Assembly: GCA_035528115.1 (NCBI GenBank)
Contig: DATKZF010000002.1
Coordinates: forward strand, 5,751 to 69,750
Direction of reading: 5' to 3'
Length of the DNA stretch: 64,000 bases
Source of the DNA: Candidatus Bipolaricaulota bacterium
Lineage (GTDB): Bacteria; Patescibacteriota; Patescibacteriia; UBA11705; DATKZF01
The position numbers were made by a program, and so were the translations under genes. Positions 59,638-64,000 of the stretch are shown piece by piece (position 1 is the stretch's first letter; each line of letters begins with the position of its first letter). A model generated the notes under the pieces. That model ran no database searches. It was not told where the DNA came from and saw only the letters and a list, made by a program, of their open reading frames with translations.

Positions 59638-61350
59638 TTACTGATTTCCTCCGGCGGCCGTGGCCCCGGGGAGGTACATTTTCAAGGCCGCCCCGGTGCC
59701 GGTGCACCAGAGGTAGCCGCCGGCGACGGCCTGAGGATCGGACTCGTCGCAAATTGCGCCGTAGTCCGCCCAGTCGATCGGGTGGCCGGAGTTTGACGAG
59801 TCGTACTGGACGTACGTAAACTCGCAGACTCCGGAGTAAAGGATGTCGCTCGGCTGGAATCGAAATTCGATCCAGCCATCCATGTCACCGTCGTAGAACG
59901 GCCCCATCCTGCCGTCCCAGACATACGTGATGCCCAGCTGGGGACAATCCCCCAGGATCCAGACCTCCGTGTCGTTGCTCACGTATTTACGATTGAGCTT
60001 GACACAGTTGGCCTCGTACGGGCAGGGCTCGGCCACGACGTCGTCGCCGGTCTCAGTGGGAGCAGACGACCCGCTGCATGCCTCCCAGTGGAAGGTGCAG
60101 TCGGCGTTGCACCACAGCGTCCCGGTCCAGCCGTGCTTGGCGCACGACTCGCCGTTCAGCTTGGTGTAGTCGCACTCCTCGCCGGCGTCGATGACATCGT
60201 TGCCGCAGGTCGGCGACGAGTCTCCCCCGCTGCATGCCTCCCAATGGAAGGTGCAATCGGCGTTGCACCACAGCGTCCCGGACCATCCGTGCTTGGCGCA
60301 CGACTCGCCGTCCAGCTGGGTATAGTCACATTCCTCGCCCGCGTCGAGTACGCCGTTGCCGCAGGTCGGCGACACCTCCCCGCCGCTGCATGCCTCCCAA
60401 TGGAAGGTGCAGTCGGCGTTGCACCACAGCGTCCCGATCCAGCCGTGCTTGACGCACGACTCGCCGTCCAGCTGGGTATAGTCACATTCCTCGCCTGCGT
60501 CGAGTACGCCGTTGCCGCAGGTCTGCGACACGTCTCCACCGCTGCACGCCTCCCAGTGGAAGGTGCAGTCAGTGTTGCACCATAGCTCTCCCGACCAGCC
60601 GTGCTTCGCGCACGACTCGCCGTTCAGCTTGGTGTAGTCACATTCCTCGCCCGCATCCAGGATATCGTTTCCGCAAACCCCGGAAGGGTCAGGATCGGGG
60701 TCGGGCATGGGATTTGGCGAACACGACTCGTCGGTCAAGCCGTCGCAGTCGTTGTCCACTCCGTCCCCGCACTCCTCGTTGTAGTACTGGCACGCCCCCC
60801 ACTGCCTGTTCTGGCAATGGGTGATGCCGATCTTGCAACCGGTCGGGGTGTAGCACCAATCGACTTGATTGGTCTGGCACTCGACCGTCGACAACGGCCG
60901 CTCGTTGACGTTGACGTCCACGTCGTTGTTGTTGTCGACATTGACGTTGTCAACGGCCTCGCACACGCAGGCGTTGACCGTGACGTCAACGTGCGTGCCG
61001 TCCGGACAAGTGACGGTCGCTTGCCCGTCTCTCGCGGGCGCGCTGGTCTGCTCAGCGAAGCAGAACTGCTCCGCCTCGCTCCAGCTCGCGCCGGTCGGAC
61101 AGAAAGCGCACTTGCCCGTCGCGGTCAGGTGAGCCCCGACCGGACAGGTCTTGCCCGCGCCGCTCTCGTATGGCGGCGCGTACGCATTCTGGCCGGTGAC
61201 TGCCGGCTGGTACTCGTAGCCAGCTTCCACACAAGCGCCGTCTTCGGCGCAGAAGTGCCCCGAAGGGCAACTGTTTTCGAAACACCCCCCCGCGTCTCCG
61301 CAGGAGGCAACCAGGAAACAGACGAAACCAAGAAAAATCAACCGTTTCAT
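59638..61350 (-). CDS. Cys-rich lipoprotein with four 52-aa Myxococcus-type repeats
   Basis: LVASC lipobox; SD AAGGAG; CGNGVLDAGEECD...TLWCNADCTFHWEACS x4. Confidence 0.9.
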   Translation of the reverse strand: MKRLIFLGFVCFLVASCGDAGGCFENSCPSGHFCAEDGACVEAGYEYQPAVTGQNAYAPPYESGAGKTCPVGAHLTATGKCAFCPTGASWSEAEQFCFAEQTSAPARDGQATVTCPDGTHVDVTVNACVCEAVDNVNVDNNNDVDVNVNERPLSTVECQTNQVDWCYTPTGCKIGITHCQNRQWGACQYYNEECGDGVDNDCDGLTDESCSPNPMPDPDPDPSGVCGNDILDAGEECDYTKLNGESCAKHGWSGELWCNTDCTFHWEACSGGDVSQTCGNGVLDAGEECDYTQLDGESCVKHGWIGTLWCNADCTFHWEACSGGEVSPTCGNGVLDAGEECDYTQLDGESCAKHGWSGTLWCNADCTFHWEACSGGDSSPTCGNDVIDAGEECDYTKLNGESCAKHGWTGTLWCNADCTFHWEACSGSSAPTETGDDVVAEPCPYEANCVKLNRKYVSNDTEVWILGDCPQLGITYVWDGRMGPFYDGDMDGWIEFRFQPSDILYSGVCEFTYVQYDSSNSGHPIDWADYGAICDESDPQAVAGGYLWCTGTGAALKMYLPGATAAGGNQ

Positions 61351-61482
61351 GAAACCTTCTCCTTGCCGCGATTGCGGCTCCGTCTTGAACTTTTAGGCAA
61401 CTTGCCTATGGCTGAAAAGTAAACAAAAAGCCTCTCAAATCTACCTTTCAATCACAGGCAAATTCCGCTAAATTAACATATA

Positions 61483-61511
61483 AGTATATCATATTTAATC
61501 AAAAAAGTCAA
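61483..61511 (-). promoter_or_regulatory. sigma70 promoter
   Basis: TTGACT-17 nt-TATACT. Confidence 0.7.
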
Positions 61512-61640
61512 TAGTAAATAGAAAAAAACTCCAATTTTAACTTATTTTAGACAAATTTTTAAAATTAGAAGACGCTCTCGGTAAAGACCAAGAGCGTCAG
61601 TTGTGCATCCCCTCGTTGAGGGGGGTTGTTTTGATTCTTG

Positions 61641-63194
61641 CTAGAAGTGCAACTCGCCGTCGAGCCAGCAGCTGGTGGCGTCGCACTCCACCTGGAGCCC
61701 GCACTTGAAGACGGTGCAGTATAGCCCCTGGCCGCAGCACGCCAGAGGATTCGCGTAGTTCGCGCAGTCTCCGTACTGCGCGAAGTCGAACGGATCCCCG
61801 TCCATGCTGTTGTCCGGCTGGACGTAGGTGAACCGCAGGGTTCCCACGCCGGCCGGGACGATGAATTCGTAGTACCCGTCACCATCGGTATCCGTGAACG
61901 GACCGAGGCGATCGTCCCAATCGTAGCTAGGGCCACCGAACTTGGTCGAGCCCTCGACCACATGTCCGGCTTCGTCGATCTCATCGCCCAAGACGTAGAT
62001 CTCGGGCGAGTTGCTCGTCGGGAATCCCTTGTACAGACCGATGACTCGGCCTCCCAGGGACTTCACGATCTCCGTGCACTCGAAGTTGACCGGGCCCGGA
62101 CAGGCGCCGCAGTCAACCGCGCAGGTGGAGCATGTCTCCGTGCCCGCGCAGAACCCGTCTCCGCAGATGACGGGATCCTCGGAACCGCACGCTTCCAGGT
62201 GGAAGGTGCAGTCCGGGTTGCACCAGAGCTCACCGGTGTCAAACCCCAGTGACTGGCAGGTCTTGCCGTTGAGCTGGTAGTTGTCGCACTGCTCCGTGCC
62301 CTCGAGCACGTTGTTGCCGCAGATCTGAGTCGGCGTGGGCGGCGTGTTGGAACAGCCGCTCACGTCGAAGTGACACGACTCCAGGCACCCGAGGGCGCCA
62401 CCACCGTTGTAGCCGAGCGTCAGGCAGGTCGCCCCGCCGAACGCCAGGCCGTCGCATTGCTCGCCGCTGTCGAGGAACCCGTCCCCGCAGTGGCTGACCG
62501 GCGGCTGCGCGCACCCGTCGTCGGGCACACCGTCGCAGTCCTCGTCGATGCCGTTGCCGCAGACCTCAACCGCGCCCGGGTGGACGCTGGCGTTGAGGTC
62601 GTTGCAGTCCTGCGACGCCGGCGACCCGTCGTGGTCGCGGTCCGGGTCGCAGTCGGCCGGACAGTTGTCGAAGCTCTCGCCGAGCTCGCACTGCCCGTTG
62701 CCGCAGATCGGTCCGCCCGACGGCGGGCAGTCCTGCGGACAGTTGGCATTGTTCTCGCCATTGCCGCAGGTTCCGTTGCCACAGATCTCTGTGGCCGACA
62801 GCGGCGGGATGATGTTGTTGACGATGACGGTACTTCCGCCCTCAGGCTTGTCCGCGCAAACGCCGTTGTTGTTCGCGGACACGCCGTCCTCGTCGCAGTG
62901 ACCGACCTCGGCGCGCGCGTCGTCGAAGACGCAGCGCGTGCCGGGCAGGCACTCGTCGTTCGTGATGCACCCGGGAACGCACTTGAACGCGTTCTCCGGA
63001 CACGCCAGCTCCTTGACCTCTCGACAGACAGTGCCGCAGGAGCATTGCCCCTGATCGGCTCCGCTGACGTTGGTCCCGCAATCGGGGTAGTTCACAGCCT
63101 CACAGCTGGGGACTACGGTGTAGTTTTCGTCCGTGCCGCAACCGCTCAGCGCGGCCGCGACGACCAGAGCCACCAGACACAACATGCTCTTCAT
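61641..63194 (-). CDS. Cys-rich lipoprotein (517 aa) combining both repeat types and a MopE-like motif
   Basis: SD AGGAG before ATG 63194; LSGC lipobox; CGNG-C---E----CP-DC, CGDGFLDSGEQCD. Confidence 0.9.
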   Translation of the reverse strand: MKSMLCLVALVVAAALSGCGTDENYTVVPSCEAVNYPDCGTNVSGADQGQCSCGTVCREVKELACPENAFKCVPGCITNDECLPGTRCVFDDARAEVGHCDEDGVSANNNGVCADKPEGGSTVIVNNIIPPLSATEICGNGTCGNGENNANCPQDCPPSGGPICGNGQCELGESFDNCPADCDPDRDHDGSPASQDCNDLNASVHPGAVEVCGNGIDEDCDGVPDDGCAQPPVSHCGDGFLDSGEQCDGLAFGGATCLTLGYNGGGALGCLESCHFDVSGCSNTPPTPTQICGNNVLEGTEQCDNYQLNGKTCQSLGFDTGELWCNPDCTFHLEACGSEDPVICGDGFCAGTETCSTCAVDCGACPGPVNFECTEIVKSLGGRVIGLYKGFPTSNSPEIYVLGDEIDEAGHVVEGSTKFGGPSYDWDDRLGPFTDTDGDGYYEFIVPAGVGTLRFTYVQPDNSMDGDPFDFAQYGDCANYANPLACCGQGLYCTVFKCGLQVECDATSCWLDGELHF

Positions 63195-63305
63195 GTCTCT
63201 CTCCTGTTGGGTTGCAATTTCGCGTGTTGTCAAGGTTCGTGCTGCCTCACTCGAGGCATTTTAATGACTCGCATTGATGCGGGGCATGAAAATGATTCAA
63301 GTGAA

Positions 63306-63371
63306 AGGAAAAGATTTCTCCACTCCGTCGTCCTTCGCCAAAGCTTCGGACGACTTCGGTCGAAATGACAA
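63306..63371. repeat. REP-like palindromic element, copy 2
   Basis: Same ends as 20306-20353 with a different internal hairpin. Confidence 0.7.
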
Positions 63372-63505
63372 GAGTGTAAATCCTGAACTGCGCCTGCTTC
63401 TTTTCAGAAACAAACGCGGTTCAGGAGACCAACGAATAAGTGATTCGCTGGCTCCACTCCACTCCTTTCCGCCTTCAGTTGAAGGCCACGATTACGGCTA
63501 GTCGC

Positions 63506-64000
63506 CTAGTCGCCGTAGCCGTAGTAGGACTTTTTTGTCCCAGCGACGTGATGGCAGTGGCCAGTGCCGCAGACGATTGCGGTAATCAGTAGCCCAAGGC
63601 CGGCAGCGCTCCCAGCGGTGATACCGAAGATCTCCCAGCCCGTGAGCTTGCGCCCCTCCACGATAAACGTTGTGTCGTCGTGGTACTCGAGCGTCTGGTT
63701 CTGGTCGCTCTGCCCCTTGACCGCTCCGCTCTGCCGTCGCAGAAGCTTCTGCGGATCGGGCGGGACCAAGATGTTCTTGCCGTCCGAGCAGGTTACGCTC
63801 AGACTCTGGTTTTCTGCGGCGACGACCTTCGCCGCCGGGCACACAAGAGTGCTCCCGTCTTTGCAGGAGAACACCAGGCCTCCATCGGAGGTCGGCGTCG
63901 GCTCCTTGACGATCGGGCAGACCATCTGCCCGCTGTCCGGCTGGGGCGACGCGGCCGTCGCCTCGTTCGAGGAACGGCGCGTCGTCGTTCTCGTCGAGGT
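63506..64000 (-). CDS. Hypothetical protein, start lies beyond the window; C-terminal TM helix
   Basis: Frame of ORF 63506-63925 appears open to the window edge. Confidence 0.6.
   Translation of the reverse strand, partial: TSTRTTTRRSSNEATAASPQPDSGQMVCPIVKEPTPTSDGGLVFSCKDGSTLVCPAAKVVAAENQSLSVTCSDGKNILVPPDPQKLLRRQSGAVKGQSDQNQTLEYHDDTTFIVEGRKLTGWEIFGITAGSAAGLGLLITAIVCGTGHCHHVAGTKKSYYGYGD

Noticed and set aside
52030-63400. Dozens of overlapping short ORFs (SPQ- or Arg-rich)
   Set aside because: Alternative-frame artefacts of GC-rich repetitive coding DNA.
1-64000. Integrase, transposase or reverse transcriptase to explain the array or a diversity-generating retroelement
   Set aside because: No ORF with tyrosine-recombinase, DDE, HUH or RT motifs was recognised in the window.

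Overview
The window looks like a CPR/Patescibacteria (Parcubacteria-like) chromosome segment. This is inferred from gene content, the TrbC/VirB2-type pilin, homodimeric GlyRS, the pduL-ackA pair and core genes mostly lacking Shine-Dalgarno (SD) sites. It has three zones. (1) 1-13.3 kb is an integron-like gene-cassette array with 11 intact and 1 truncated attC-like sites of a non-canonical, strongly conserved design; no integrase is in the window. Nearly every cassette is closed by nested long-range inverted repeats between its 5' leader and 3' trailer. One site carries a complete promoter-SD-ORF-terminator unit inside a hairpin arm, and one cassette carries a MetRS gene preceded by a candidate Met-rich leader peptide. 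(2) 13.3-52 kb holds housekeeping genes (murJ, ackA, pduL, glyQS, frr, holB, mreB, corA-like, dus, cysS, hrcA-grpE-hsp20-dnaK-dnaJ with CIRCE, glycosyltransferases). They are interspersed with GC-rich self-contained orphan genes, two GxxExxY genes and many degenerate 7-9-nt repeat tracts, one of them in-frame inside a CDS. (3) 52-64 kb is a GC-rich cluster of myxobacterial-style cysteine-rich lipoproteins, including a ~2,400-aa protein of roughly 100 four-Cys repeats, separated by AT-rich spacers with sigma70 promoters. No rRNA, tRNA or CRISPR array was seen. All calls come from reading the sequence; no searches were run.
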